In this document: positions 25,975-40,085 of the stretch, in pieces
Numbering within the stretch: position 1 is the first letter of the stretch
How the letters are laid out: every line of letters starts with the position of its first letter
NCBI GenBank assembly: GCA_951406725.2
Contig: OX597819.1
Span: forward strand, 102,362,001 to 102,426,000
DNA: 64,000 nucleotides
Direction: 5' to 3'
DNA from: Octopus vulgaris
Lineage: Eukaryota
Position numbers and translations under genes: made by a program
The notes under the pieces: model-generated
Databases searched by the model: none
Told to the model about the DNA's origin: nothing
The model's input: only the letters and a program-made list of their open reading frames with translations

Positions 25975-26265
25975 TCTTTTATCTCTTTCGGTCATATTGG
26001 GGCACCACCTTGAAGGTCTTATAGTCGAATGAATCGATCTTTGTACTTATCTCTTCTTTGATAAGCCTGGTGCTATTTCTATCGAACGTCAATTTGCCGA
26101 ACCGCTAGGTTACGAGAACGTAAGCAAACCAAAACCCGTTGTCAATCGATGGTGGAAGACAAACACAAACACATAATACACACACATGAAATACACACAC
26201 AAACACACACACACACACATTGTATATATACATATACAATGTTTTCTTTCAGTTTCTGTCTACAA
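25975..26265 (-). mobile_element. SINE family A, old partial copy
   Basis: GGGGCACCACC, GCCGAACCGCTAGGTTACG, TTTCAGTTTCTGTCTAC. Confidence 0.7.
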
Positions 26266-26864
26266 AATATATATAGTTTACTTTACCGTTCAGGTCAAAT
26301 CAACGAAAAAGTACTACACGTGGTGAGAGAAAAAATATTGTTTAATTAATATACAATAGTAGAAACTTATGAGCTACTAATAAATTCATACATTGAAGAT
26401 TTTATGTAACACGTCTAGAGTCTCTAAGTAATGTTCAGTTTCTGGGCACAAAGTCTGATTCGTAACTGAAATAGGCTATGTGCACAGAGCCAGAGGATTG
26501 CTTGAAGACACTAGACGTATTTTTAAAAACCTGGCTATATGAGATCTTCAATGTATGAAATGATTAGCATAGCTCATTACTATTTTCTGCGTTAAACAAG
26601 ACACACACACAGAAACACATACACATAGACATACACACAGAAACACATACACATAGACACACACACATACATGCACCATCTTTTTGGATTGATAAATGAC
26701 ATTAATAACGAAAGATCAGTGATTCTGAGGCGATCTGTCACGACTGGTCCGTGGCATTCAGGTGTTCTTTAAAACTCAGCGTTGTGTAAGGGGGATTTTC
26801 TCCTGTCATAAAGATGGAGGAAATACCGCTTAACGCTTTAGCCCGCTCGCTAACTTATATTTTT

Positions 26865-27380
26865 TTCTGCTCTAGACACAAATCCTGATTTAGGTTTTTT
26901 GGGGTTTTTTAAATTTTTTTTTGCGGTGGGTGAAGAGGTGCAAGTCGACTATAACAATCCTATCCGGAAAGGATGAATGGCAAAGTCAACCTCAGCGGAA
27001 TTTAAGCTTAGAATGTAAAGGTAGTCGAAATGCCGCTGAGCATTTTGTCCATAGTGTTTGCCATCCTACCAGCTCGCCGTCGTAATATGATATAACAATA
27101 ATAATAATCCTTCCTACTATGGAGTAAGTGTCTGGAATTACATTATTCTCTCTGAACGGGACTGCGATCAGTTTTAGACTTCAAGGCCAACAAGTTTTAG
27201 GGAAAAGAGACAAATCGATTACATCAAACCCAGTACATAACTGGTAGATTATTTTATTGCCATCTGGGATGAAGGGCAAAGTTGATTTGGGTAGGATTTG
27301 AAACCAGAACGTAATGAGCTGGGAGAAATACCGCTAAACGATTTGTCCCAAGTGCTAGCGATTCCGTTCGCACGCCTTTC
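26865..27380 (-). mobile_element. Two old family B SINE copies
   Basis: GAAAGGATGAATGGCAAAGTCAACCTCAGCGGAATTT...CCAGCTCGCC and a second similar block from 27185. Confidence 0.65.
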
Positions 27381-27386
27381 ACATTT

Positions 27387-27469
<83 letters not shown>

Positions 27470-28185
27470 GTAGCTCTCTCTCTCTCTGTGCGTGCGTAAT
27501 TGAAGCTATTCGATAGATACACATCTATAAACAAATACATAACTCTTTGACGCTTTAACTTGTTTCAGCTTTAAAGCTGCGGTCATCCTGGGGCACCAGT
27601 GTTCGCGTGTATATATATATACAATTAGAGAGACACACACAATTATATATACATATATACATACTTACATACACACACACTCTCTCTCTCTCCCTCTTTA
27701 TCTCATTTAACCGTACACATATGTTCGTGTGTCCATGTGCACGTATATATAAAAGTGTATATTGATATATATATATATATATACATGCTAACATACATAC
27801 ACACACACACACGCTCGCACACACACACAAGCACACACAGATATATATATATACTTGCATGTTTTCTGTGGTGCTATTTATCTTGTAAACCTTGCTACTC
27901 GTTGCCAATATCTGCAGGCTGATCACGTCCAAAATTTCGTTCAGGTTTCTGTTTCTTACCACCGGTTGCCCGCTGATAGCAAGCGCACCTGTTCATTCTG
28001 ATCTGGGCATCTATAGAAATAGATGTTCACCTAACAACGGAAATGTAGCCTCTAACAACGGCATGATGTCTGTCAAACTACTGCACAAAATACATAGCGT
28101 TCTAACTTTCTTGCCATCATATCTATTTATATCTATCTTATAATCTCTCTCTCACTCTCTCTCTCATCTATCTATCTATCTATCA

Positions 28186-28268
<83 letters not shown>

Positions 28269-28606
28269 CATTTATCTAACTACATCTTTCTCCTCGAACA
28301 TCATTCTTCTTCTGACATCACATATTCTTTACAGTACACTCTCCAGAACAATTTTCTTGTCGTCTTGTGTGTAGCAATTCATGATATTTGACAATCATAT
28401 AATGGGACTCTTTCATGGTCATTTTCTCACTTGCTTTCTCTTCTCCTTCATCTCTTCCTCCCTCTCTTCCATATACTTTTGTCTTTCATTGACACTGATG
28501 TTGAGTTTCTCACTTTAGGCGCTTTTCTCAATAGATGTTTTGTATATATGTATATATGTATATACGGTGTGTACACACACACACATATAAATATTCATAT
28601 ACGTAA

Positions 28607-28677
<71 letters not shown>

Positions 28678-29258
28678 TATATTTACATGTACATATATAC
28701 GTATACTAATACATGTAAACACGCAAATGGAATTTCAAAATGCACACCAGTGAGATATATTACATTCCCATGGATTTGCTTCATGCCAGAAATATACGTC
28801 TCACAATGGGACTCCATGTGACATGAACTGATACTTACAGTAATGACATTCGTGAATATCAAATTTATGAAACCTATGAAAATATCAACATTACACAATA
28901 TATATAATAAATACAAATTGCAAACACGCGCACACGCGGTGACACACATACGCAAACACATACACACACACACCCAAACATATATATATGCATGCATATG
29001 AAGAATATGCGTATATGTATATTGTTGTATTTCGGGACGGTCATTTTTTTTGCCAAATAAACACACGCACTATATATTTGTTCTTCAGTCGTTTATTAAT
29101 GTTCTTACTTCAACTCATGTCCATTATCCGGAAATCTTTCGTCACACGTATGTGACCTCCTCGGCGACACTTTTCCTCTTCGCGTATACTCTTCCACTGC
29201 TCATTCCATTCTATTCTTCTATGATGCGCATCTGTGTCTGTGTATGCATATATATGTA

Positions 29259-29312
<54 letters not shown>

Positions 29313-29313
<1 letters not shown>

Positions 29314-30770
29314 TACCAGATATACCCGGTGTTGCCCGAGTTAAAGAGAATATTGAAATTTAAAAACGCCGCGTAGATTACACAGGTCTCAACTGTTAGT
29401 AGCTGAGATATCAACTTTTTACATTAATAACTCTCCAACCCATGCCAGCCTGGAACATAGATGTTAAGTAAAACATTAAAAGAAAGTTTTCAACGCATAT
29501 GTGTATATAAAATAAATACTGATAATCCAAAAACACATTTTGTTTAGCTTGTTTCGTAACAACAAGAAAAGCAGGTACAGATTACAAAGAGTGAAGGGCT
29601 AATTTTTGTGATTCATTTGACAGAGGTAGTAGAGAGCCAATCCTTCGATAAATCTGACCTTTGATCTTGAAACTTTGCATGAATCATAGCTCAGTTAAAC
29701 CTCTTGTGGATCCAAATGATGTCAACTGTAGTGCAGCGTTGTATTGCCTAATTTTGTTTTGGATGCGCTTGGAATTTTGGTCAGTTGATGACAACAGTTT
29801 CTTCAATGGCTCTGGAGGTTGGGAGATTGCAGGGAGTTTAACATTCCCCCCACTGTAACACAGTGTAGGTATCTTTCATGTCCATTTCCTTGCTTTACAA
29901 TATATGCTCTCAGTTGCCATTGCACCAATGGAAACTCTAGTATCGTCTGCATAATGAACTGCTGGATCACATTTGAGAGCTGCTTCATAGATGTTGCTTC
30001 TCCGAGCAACTGCTCTTCGTTCTGCAGTGGAGATCCTATTCTTTGTCATCAGTGCATACCTTTGTTCCTCACTTTTAGATGCTCTGGCTTTTGTAGTGCA
30101 CAGTCTGTTCGTTTTTTGGCATGATTCCCTTTCTGCAGCTGCCTCTTTTTCACTGGACAAAGACATTCTTTTGGCTAAACTTGACATTGGAGTCAAATTT
30201 GACACTTTCTTTCTAGGAATGGTTATATACGTATACAGAAATAGACGGATGCAAAAGATAGTAAACAATGATAATAACTGGGCAACGGAAATTATATTTC
30301 TTAATACGACGGGCAGAAAGTAAATAAGATATTTTTACGGAAATTTTAAAAAATTATGACTTAGCGAACAAAAGAGCCAGTATGGAAGGAACCAGACAGA
30401 AAGACATTAACAACAGGAAAACACAAAACGTTGTAAAAGTAAATGAGAAATTTTAGGGAAATTAAATAAGTGTACGGATTCAAGTGAAATTTTTGAAGTT
30501 ATTTCTCTAAGTAAATTATGAGCTTACTTTCTATCAACAACAAAAAAGCACAAAACGTTGCAAAAGTAAATAAGAAATATGTAGGCAAATTCAAGGAAGT
30601 GTGCGGATTGAAGTGAAATTTATGAAGTTAGTTCTGTCAGTAAATTGTGAACTTCTTTCTGTCATTAATTTGTCGTTGTTGTTTGTAAATAGCGATTGAA
30701 AACTTGCACTGGACACAATAGCGATTGAACTTAAAGTGAAAACAATGGCGTCCGAAAAATGACGTCCGTT
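29313..30770 (-). mobile_element. Helitron, internally deleted: RepHel N-terminal fragment joined to the 3' terminus
   Basis: Minus translation ~30190-29595: YCKARKWT..LCYSGGNVKLPAISQPPEPLKKLL..IRQYNAALQLTSFG..FKIKGQIYRRIGSLLP. 3' end CTCGG-GCAACA-CCGGG hairpin then GTAG (for CTAG) at 29313-29340. Internal 127-bp direct repeat at 30422/30549. Confidence 0.88.
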
Positions 30771-30774
30771 ATAG

Positions 30775-32336
30775 TGACGAGCCACAGGCATATCGTCCTA
30801 GTCGGCGAGACACTAAAAGACTACGAAGCGGTAACGGGAGCAAAATTTAGCCATGAAAATTCAGTTGGTTTGCGGCTCGGTACCTGGGGAAGGAAGCCGA
30901 AGCCGTCCAACAGCGTGTCCATCATGGAACGCTGGCCAGACGGACTGGTTAAATTGCTCGGAGTCTGGTTCCTTCCAGACCTCCAAATGGAGAAGAACTG
31001 GGGCGAGATAACGACTATAGCGTCCACTCTCATCCAGAAATGGGCCGAGAGGAAGCTATCCCGAAAAGGTCGGGCGGAGATGGCGAACGCATACATCCCA
31101 TCCGTCATCGATTATCGTCTAACCGTCTGACCATCACCAAACTGGAACGCATACTCTTCCGCTTTTTTGTGGAAGGGAAGCGTTCCGATTGTTAGGCGAT
31201 CCATTTGCTGTGAACACCCGCTAAATGGAGTGTTGGGCATGCCGTGGTTGATGATTCGCAGACATGCGTGGGACTGCGACATCTCCGGTGCTTCATAGAT
31301 GACAGTGAACAGGTGTGGTCGTCGTTTGTGCGGCGCGCTTTTCCACGGCTCGTCTCTTTGGCCGAACTGCAGTTGTGGATCGAACAGAGACCGAGGCTAG
31401 CCGAGTGGCACCTTGAGTGCCGCCTTTCTCTCAAGCAACTCTTCCGTCCTGGACCAAACTTGTGTAACTTCAAAGGCGTTCTATAGACGATTAGTAGAGG
31501 GTAGAATCTGGGCGTCGACGAGGAACACCTGACCCGCCTGTTCAGGAGAACTTTCGTGTCGGGACAATTACCGGAGATCCATGGCCTGGCAGCGCTATCG
31601 AGAAGCATTGCCTGTTCGGGATAAGCTCATCGGGCACGATTCGTGACACACTGGACCGACTTGCCCGAGATGCGGTCAGAGCGACGAAACCGTCCTGCAC
31701 GCACTAGTGCAGTGTCCAACCACTTCGGACCTGTGGGCTTATGCCGAACGGATGCTGTCACGTGTGAGGCGAGTTCGCTTGTCGGCCGAATCTATCATGA
31801 AAATTGCTCCGCCAACTTCTCTTAACCGGGAAGGCAAGGCACTTTTCATCGTACTGGTGGCTAAGGTGAATGAATGTGTGTGGTAGACTCGAGCGAATTG
31901 TTTAGAGACACACTTTCCTCTCTGGCCAATCGCTCATCAACTTTTTCAAGTACCACTTGGAATAGAGAGGAATGTTTTGTCTCGTGAAAATTTCAATAAA
32001 AGATGATACCTGTGAATGACGAAATCACTTTGAGCATGATCCTCTAAATCGAAAAGAGAGAGAGAGAGGGCACTTTGCTCTGTGTTTATTCTCTCCCTGT
32101 TTGAGGTTACTGTTGTCTTTTCCCTAGGCTTTACTTCCCACGTATAAAACTAATCTTTCTTTTAACATTTTTGAATATTTTTTGTAATACATTATACCTT
32201 TTGAAAGTTTTGTTTTCTTCAAGATCCCTTTTGATCGGAATTTTATTTGTCTCCTTGCTTTACATTTTCAAAACGAAAAGCTCTACGTTGTATTTTGTCC
32301 CCTCTGTGTTCGGCCCTGTGTGGCTAATAAAGAAAC

Positions 32337-32337
<1 letters not shown>
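30775..32337 (+). mobile_element. Tx1/L1-clade LINE, 5'-truncated: RT C-terminus, Zn finger, 3' UTR
   Basis: LKDYEAVTGAKF..GLRLGTW..VKLLGVWF..KNW..WAERKLSRKGR; LFRF/LWKG; CPRCGQSDETVLHALVQCP; T-rich UTR ending AATAAAGAAACT followed by (CTAT)n. Confidence 0.9.
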
Positions 32338-32411
<74 letters not shown>

Positions 32412-32503
32412 CGCTATCTCTCTCTCACTCTCTCTCTCTCTCTATTTATCTATTCATCTATCTATGTCTGTCTATCTATCGATATACATGTATATATATA
32501 TAC

Positions 32504-32557
<54 letters not shown>

Positions 32558-33839
32558 GTATTTGTCTTGTCACTCACAACATTCGGCCTACCTCAACCTA
32601 TTTGCTTAATATTTCCTGTAGTATGCATATTTTCATATTTCCCTTCTTTTCTAGTAAAACACACACACACACTCTCACACACACACAAACAAGTACGAAC
32701 GAACCCACATATGTCAACACATTCTTAATCTCCACGTTTTCACAAAACACATCTAGGAACATTTTGGCACACTCGTATCACACATTCAGTTTCACCTTTC
32801 CGCCAGCTACCTCTGTCTTTATTATTCCTATATTTTTTACAAACTTTCTCCACCAAACAACCATTGATCTATATTTACAATTATTGCAAGTACACACAGG
32901 AAGGGCGAAATATTTTAGCAGTAACCTTTACCCATCACACATCGCTTTACTAATATTTTTTCGCTTCAAATATCCTTACAAATATTTTCTTTGCCGCTGT
33001 ATTTCTGTATTTCCTCACACCACCCGTTTTTAGTCATTTCTCACCACCTCTTTGCATCACTCTCGCAACTCATACATATATATACATATAGACAGACAGA
33101 GAGACAAACAAACAGACAGACTGATAGACAGACAGACGTACAATATCACTGAAAATCAAAGAAAAGGAGGATATCTATTGACATCTGTATCGAAACCACC
33201 AGCTTCTATATCCAGAATATGAATTCATATTCATACCAATAATAATTGGAGCACTAGGATTTGCTAGAAAATGCATTAAGGACTATCTAGATAAACTCTG
33301 ACCGGCTGATTCATACATTATTAGTGCAATCTGTGAGTGGAACAGTAAAGAATATGCAAAACTTTTCTCAAGTTACAAATTTGAATTTGTCTATGTTAAC
33401 TACATAGCAAGCACACATTTGTATAGAGAATCGAAGTTTTGCCGTTAATTAACTGCGAACCTTCGGTGTCACAACAAGGATTTATCTACTCAAATAATAC
33501 AATACAAATTTTCTTATGCCTTTAATGTATTTATTCATGTATGTATGTATGTATGATTTTTCTTTGAGTTTTATTTGTTTTTCTTGAGAGAGTTGAAACC
33601 AATCGCTAGGTAAGCGACAAGACTTTTTAAGAGAAGAGTGTTCATGGTGTTTGTAAATATGTGGTTGAGTTGGTGTATTGGTTAAACTGTCGTTGCATAC
33701 ACCCAAGTGTGGGCATATATTCACATGGGAATCTCAGATGGAGAATTTTGGGGAATGTCTTGCAAATCTTCGCTGTGCCACTAATAGAATGGATTTGGAG
33801 AATCTGCATCGGTTTCTTCTGCACTTGGGTGTATATATA

Positions 33840-34320
33840 AATGATGGTGAAGCTGATGATGATGATGAAAAGAAAAATTACAATAATGATGGTGGTGGCG
33901 ACGACGATGGTGATAATATTGATGAGGAGGATGAGGAGGAGGACAATGACAACGACAACGACAATGATGAAAATGTTGACAACGAGACTGACGATGACGA
34001 TGATGATGACGACAACAACGACGATGATGGTGATGAAGATGAGGATGACCTTGTTGGTGATATGATGACGTTGATAATCATGACAATAATGATGCTGGGA
34101 AGATGACGTTGATGAACTCGATGATGATGATGATGACGACGACGACGACAAGTAGAAGAAGAAGAAGAAGAAGAAGAAGAAGAAGAAGAAGAAGAAGAAG
34201 AAGAAGAAGAAGAAGAAGAAGAAGAAGAAGAAGAAGAAGAAGAAGAAGAAGAAGAAGAAGAAAAAAAGGAGGAGGAGAAGGTGGTGGAGGATGAGGATGA
34301 GGATGACGAGGACGACATTA
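33840..34320. repeat. Compound trinucleotide microsatellite (GAT/GAC/GAA/GAG)
   Basis: Direct inspection. Confidence 0.95.
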
Positions 34321-34972
34321 TTGTATTTGTAGATGCTAATATTGTTTCTGTAACTGATTCCTACGTTGCACACATCTTTGAAATTGGACTTATTTATTTA
34401 TCTATTTATTTATCTATTTATTTATTTATTCAGTTTTGAAACCTCCTTTTTTTGTTTTGTTTTATTTCGTTACCCATTTTTATAGTTTGACTGATATTTC
34501 TGTTGCAGTTTTTTGATGCCAATGTTATTCTTCTTGTTGTCGCTGTTAGAGTTTCTCTTATTACTTCTTATTTTCTTCAACATATCTCGATATCATCATT
34601 TACGTTTTACTAAATATTTACATAACTACCTCCTTCTCAACCTCCTCTTTGTTTAATTCATCCCCACTTACTTCCCCTTTTAATAGTCTTCTCTTGTTAT
34701 TGTTTCCAGCTTTAACTACTCAGAAGTCCTGCTGTGGTATCCCTTTTCTTCTGCCTTACATGCTTTCACAGACGAAGTTCTACGTTTGCACATGTCCCAT
34801 CCTTGCTTTGTTGTTTTAGTATTGTAATTAGGGCAAGAGTTTTAGGATGCTAAAAATCAGTAGAGTAATAGGTAAGTTACTTAAACGTATACACTTTAAA
34901 CAATATGTACTGTGTTCAAATTCCGTTAAGATCAATTTTTCTCCGTCATCTACACAGAGTATTAAAATATAT

Positions 34973-35187
34973 ATTACTTTACTACCCACAAGGGGTTAAA
35001 CACAGAGGGGACAAACAAGGGCAGGCAAACGGATTAAGTCGTTTACATCGACCCCAGTGTGTAACTGGTACTTAATTTATCGACCCCGAAAGGATGAAAG
35101 GCAAAGTTGACCTCGGCGGAATTTGAACTCAGAACGTAACGGCAGACGAAATACGGCGTGCTAACGTTTCTGCCAGCTCGCCGCCTT
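34973..35187 (-). mobile_element. SINE family B with Tx1-like tail and 22-bp target-site duplication
   Basis: TACACAGAGTATTAAAATATAT at 34951-34972 and 35190-35211 flanks the element. Confidence 0.93.
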
Positions 35188-36373
35188 CATACACAGAGTA
35201 TTAAAATATATCCTCAGTTTTATTCATGCTAAGCCACAGATCGGTCCAATTTCCTTTCTCATGTCTGCAACCGGACTTTTAAGGTTTTCTATAGATTATC
35301 TTCAGTTTCTATACCACACTCATTTTAAAACCAAGAAGCTGCCAGACACCAAATCAAACCTCTTGTTTTACTCGGGTTTGGATAAGTTTGCACATGCTTT
35401 TAAGAATACATCCGGTTCTGATGCTGCGTAAATCCCTATATCGTTTGACATAGTCTCTATTTGGGAGAATGCTTCCGATATATTGGAGCCTCCAAAACCA
35501 ATACTGCTATTCATTTTGGATAAAATTTTGGGGCAGAATCTTGCTAATGATTTGATACTTCAACTTGTCTGTCCATAGGAAATCGGTTATCGATCTTTTC
35601 CATAGAAAAGACTGAAGTTTTCGTCAACTGTGTTTCTTGACAGACGTATGAATTTCTTTGTGTGGTTTAAAAACTGAGAATTTAAAATGTGTCGTTTAAT
35701 TCTTAGTTAAAAAATGGTTAATATGATTCGATTCTAAGTCAAATGAGAGGTTGATATTTGTCTTTGAAAGAACGATACCTAAAATGTTTTCCAGGTTCTA
35801 ACAAACTCTAATAATTTCAATGACAATTATGTGACTCTACATATCGTAGAAAATGGTAGGCCTTGGTGGTCACTTTATACTTGTCATTGATTTGTGTGTT
35901 TGTGTGTGTGTGTGTGTTTGCATGTTGGAGAGGCTGATGTACTCCGTCTCCGAATGCAGGAATCGATGCCTTATCAGGTGGTGAACAACTCTGTAGATCT
36001 TTCGACTTTTCGACTGCGACACCAGAGCTGCCTGGGTCCACATACCGATGTAGACAACAAATCTCCTGCCCAACAACATGAGCGTTATTGTATAAGATGT
36101 TGCCACTCTGTGCCAAATGTTCCTATCATATTCAATGCTAGATCTTATTGCACCGCTCGTCCTTTTTCAAGGGATGTACTGAAATCTTTTGATCCAATTC
36201 TTATAATCTTTTGTAGTAGATTTTCTGATCCCTTCAATGTCACTTGTGATAATTTATTATTGTTATTGCTGCACTTATCAGTTACTAGGCTCGATTCTAT
36301 TAATCTACTCTATATCATAGTGAAGGAAAAAAATGAAAAAGCAATTTGGAAGCCATATTTAGAAATATATAAT

Positions 36374-37287
36374 GTTAGTTAGTTAGTTAGTTAATTTGGC
36401 TCAAAAGCAAATAGCAAGGCCATGTAGGGGGACATGGAGTTAAGTACAGGGTGGTGTTCATGTAAAGAGTTCAGGCCACTTGAGGTCCAGGGAGGCTTTG
36501 AACAAAGCGGTCGTCGGCATCTTCACCATCTCGTCTGGCAGCTTGTTTCACGGATCCGCAACCCGGACGGAGAAAGCTCCTCTCTTTCGATTGAGATGAA
36601 ATCGTCGCAGGTAGAGCTTTTCGGAATGACCCCGCAGCCGACGCTCTGGAGCAGGAGTGAAGAACAGCTCTTTCGAGAGGTTACACTTTCCGCTTATGAT
36701 GTTGTGGGCGAGAATGAGATCACCTCGGCGGCGGCGTTTTTCAAGAGAATAAAGGTCGAACGTCCTCAGCCTTTCTTCGTAGGACAAATTTTTGAGACCA
36801 TGAACCATGCGGGTAGCCAGCTTCTGGACTCTTTCGAGATGCTGTATGTCTTTGAGGAGATAAGGAGAAGAGGCTTGAATCCCATACTCCAATATGGGTC
36901 TCACCAGCGTGACATAGAGTGGTAGGAATATGGCTGCTGTGAGCATTCCGAATGACCGTCGAATCAAGAACAGAATTCCACGTGCTTTGTTGGCAGCATG
37001 GACGCACTGGGCCGAAGGCGAAAAGGAGGAATCCACCAAGATACCCAGGTCCTTTACCTGATCGGTCCTCTCCAGCAGCAGACGACCCGGCTCGAAATCA
37101 AGTTGAGTTGCAGGAGTAGAGCCGACAGGCAGATGACAGCACTTTGACACGTTCAGACACAGGTCCCAATCGTTAGACCACTTCCAAATTTGGTGGAGGC
37201 ATCGACGAAGATCCTCTATATTACCGCGAGGAGCGACCAGTTTGATATCGTCGGCAAATAGAAGGGTGTGTTGCGTGAGGTCGTCGA
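36374..37287 (-). mobile_element. CR1-clade LINE, 5'-truncated, young
   Basis: LLFADDIKL, LNVSKC, VKDLGILVDSSFSPSAQC, LYVTLVRPILEYG, LERVQKLATRMV, RRRRGDLI; one premature TGA at 36548, natural stop at 36458; 3' hairpin CCATGT-CCCCCT-ACATGG and (AACT)n tail. Confidence 0.95.
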
Positions 37288-37627
37288 GGGTTATTAATTC
37301 ATAGTAAGTTTAAGAAAAACAACGAAACATTGATTGATGATACTCTGAATAGAGTCAAATTTCATGGGAAGATCAAGTTGACCGGGACTGCATGATAATA
37401 AAAAATATAAACAAATAGAAAGAAAAATTAACGATAACATTATTTGCATTTGCTATTGAATATTTAGCACTAGCTCTGTCAGTTAATAATTCGTGGAATA
37501 CACTGAGAACAGCGAAAATTCAAACTACAATGTACCTATCGATTCTTATTACGTTCTGGCAGGTTCGACCGTGCAAATCTGATCGCTGTCACTTTTCTTC
37601 ATAGTAAATAAACTCGATCTTTTAAAC

Positions 37628-37825
37628 GAGGCGAGCTGGCAGAACCGTTAGCACCCCGGGCGAAATGCGTAGCCATATTTCGTCTGCCGTTACGTTCTGA
37701 GTTCAAATTCATCCAAGAAATTAAGTACCAGTTACGCACTGGGGTCTATGTAATCGACTTAATCTGTTTGTCTGTCCTTGTTTGTCCCTTCTGTGTTTAG
37801 CCCCTTGTGTGTAGTAAAGAAATAG
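37628..37825 (+). mobile_element. SINE family B with Tx1-like tail (core partly deleted)
   Basis: GGCGAGCTGGCAGAACCGTTAGC...GTTCAAATTC...TTTGTCCCTTCTGTGTTTAGCCCCTTGTGTGTAGTAAAGAAA. Confidence 0.9.
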
Positions 37826-38783
37826 GTATCTTAAGTTCTCCCCAAATATTGTTATCTCTTTGGCAAGCATTAAGACGCATCAGCAAATAATTTATTAAGT
37901 AATTCCTATAGAAAAATGCTCGTGCGCTCGTTAGATTCATCGGTGCCGTGGAGACACTCTTACTGATGATATACACAATGAGGGCGAAACATTGTGGTAT
38001 CTCTAAGTTCATAAACCGGGGAAATGCAAATGTTATGAACACGCTTCGAAAAGCAATAGTGATCAGACTTTACGTTCGAATTTGTGAAAACGAATTAAGA
38101 AATTAAGAAACTATATAGACACGTTATTAATTAAGAACTTATATAGACACGTTATTATCTGATAATCGCTTCTAGTTTAGATAAAAGATCAGCGGTTTTG
38201 AGTGGAGAGAGTTATTTAATGCCACCAAACAGAGACGTAGGATTGTGCATCACGACCACAAGGAGACGAAGAACAAAATTGATCAAAATGGCTTATGCCA
38301 ATTTGCGGCCTTCAATCTATTCGATAATGCATATTTTAAAAACTTCGGGAGAAAAGGAGAACAACGTATTATAGTGTCGCCATTTCGAAATAGTTTATTA
38401 GTGAAAGCTTATAATACTTTATCGTATTGCATGATAATTATTTACAATATAATGTTAAGTAATACGAATAGCTCTGCGAAATTACTATATTTTATTTTGT
38501 TACCATTGATTTAGCAGTTATAAAAATAGTGTAGCTTACGTACTCTTATGGATACCTAACAATATAAAATGCGGCTAGGTGACATTCCCTTCCTTTATTT
38601 ATCCCATCCTAGTCGTTCTAAAGTGTTGAGTGACTGTGGATGGTCAGGGTCCATTTTTGCCCCCAAATTCAAAGGCGAAAAAACCCAATTTACCTCAGCA
38701 CCGTACAGCCTACCAAATTGTCTGCGAGAAATAATGGCGCAAACATACATATGAAAATGCGTATGTTTAAATGGATGTATGCA

Positions 38784-38850
<67 letters not shown>

Positions 38851-38904
38851 GTTAAATAGGTTGAAACTGATACATAGAAAGATTCGCTTTTATATGGTGC
38901 AGTG

Positions 38905-38940
<36 letters not shown>

Positions 38941-39135
38941 TTTTATGTATATATATATGTATTATATATAATACAGAGAGAGTGGAGAGAGAGGGGGATA
39001 GAGCGATTGAGAGTGAGAGAAAAAGCGAGAGTTGGCTAGTTATGCAGCATACAGATATATGAAGACAAGTATAACGAGAGCATGCAAGGTACCTTAGCGC
39101 GTGTGCGTCTATAGATAAATAGATGATAGCTAGAG

Positions 39136-39183
<48 letters not shown>

Positions 39184-39374
39184 AGGAGAGGGAGAGACAG
39201 TGAGGGAAATAGATAGAGACACATTGATAGGTGGATTGATAGAAAGATATATATATATATGTATATGTGTGTATGTATGTATATAAGATAAACGTACTTG
39301 GAAAGGGACTACATATATATGCATGCATACATCGATACATACATATATGTACATACTTACATATATATGTATAT

Positions 39375-39900
39375 ATTTATGAATGTATGGGTACAGGACG
39401 CCAAGAAACGTAAACTGCATGAAATACGAAAGCGACATTAGGAAATATGAAAACAACATGAATAATAAGGCAAACTTGGCTATGCAAGCAACGAGAGAAA
39501 CAAATAGAAAACAAGACAAGTAATGTAAAAAACGACCCTTCATCCGTTGTCGGCTGTTTACCTACTCTACATTTCGAGCAATTCACGACAATATGTATCT
39601 TCGAAAAACAGTTGCTCCCGTGAACCAAAATAAAATTTGGGATTTACGGCGGATCGAAGTTCGTAACAAAAACAAGACAGTGGAGACATACAAACGAAAC
39701 AAACAGGGAGGATCGTTAAGCCAGACGAGGTAAGGTAGGGATCGCTAGTGGAATGTTCTTTGATACGAGAAAATATAGGAGAGGAGACAGAAAAGAATGC
39801 GTCTGGTGTGTGCGACAAACTGAAAGAAAATAAAGATGATTACATGAAGAAAAGCAAGATGGACGATGGTCACGTGTGAGTAAACGAGAGAGAGAGTAAA
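39375..39900. repeat. Longer diverged member of repeat family E
   Basis: ATGGGTACAGGACGCCAAGAAACG...CCCTTCATCCG...CTACTCTAC similar to 1405-1575; extension beyond 39600 is assumed. Confidence 0.6.
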
Positions 39901-40085
39901 GGAGGGAGAGGGAGGGAGAGAGAGACAGATACAAAACTGTGAAGGGAAGAAAAAAGAATTAGAGAAAGGATGAGAGAGAAAGACGAAAGAGGGAGAGAGA
40001 GAAAACAGTACAGAGTAGAATCGCATTAAAGAAATGAAGAAAAGAAAAGAACATATATATGTGTATGTATGTATAAATATATGTT

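Noticed and set aside
27885-28015. SGQPVV peptide reminiscent of mariner SGRP motif
   Set aside because: Too short and degenerate to support.
32337-32410. (CTAT)n as a specific target of the Tx1-like element
   Set aside because: No CTAT at the 5' junction, so more likely a tail or adjacent microsatellite.
33642-34373. Acidic, poly-Ser or hydrophobic ORFs (also 43415-43998, 44892-45599)
   Set aside because: Trinucleotide microsatellite mosaics open in many frames; no splice or domain evidence.
35920-36115. Possible host exon
   Set aside because: No convincing splice sites or known motif; weak resemblance to a decayed L1/Tx1 endonuclease, too uncertain to call.
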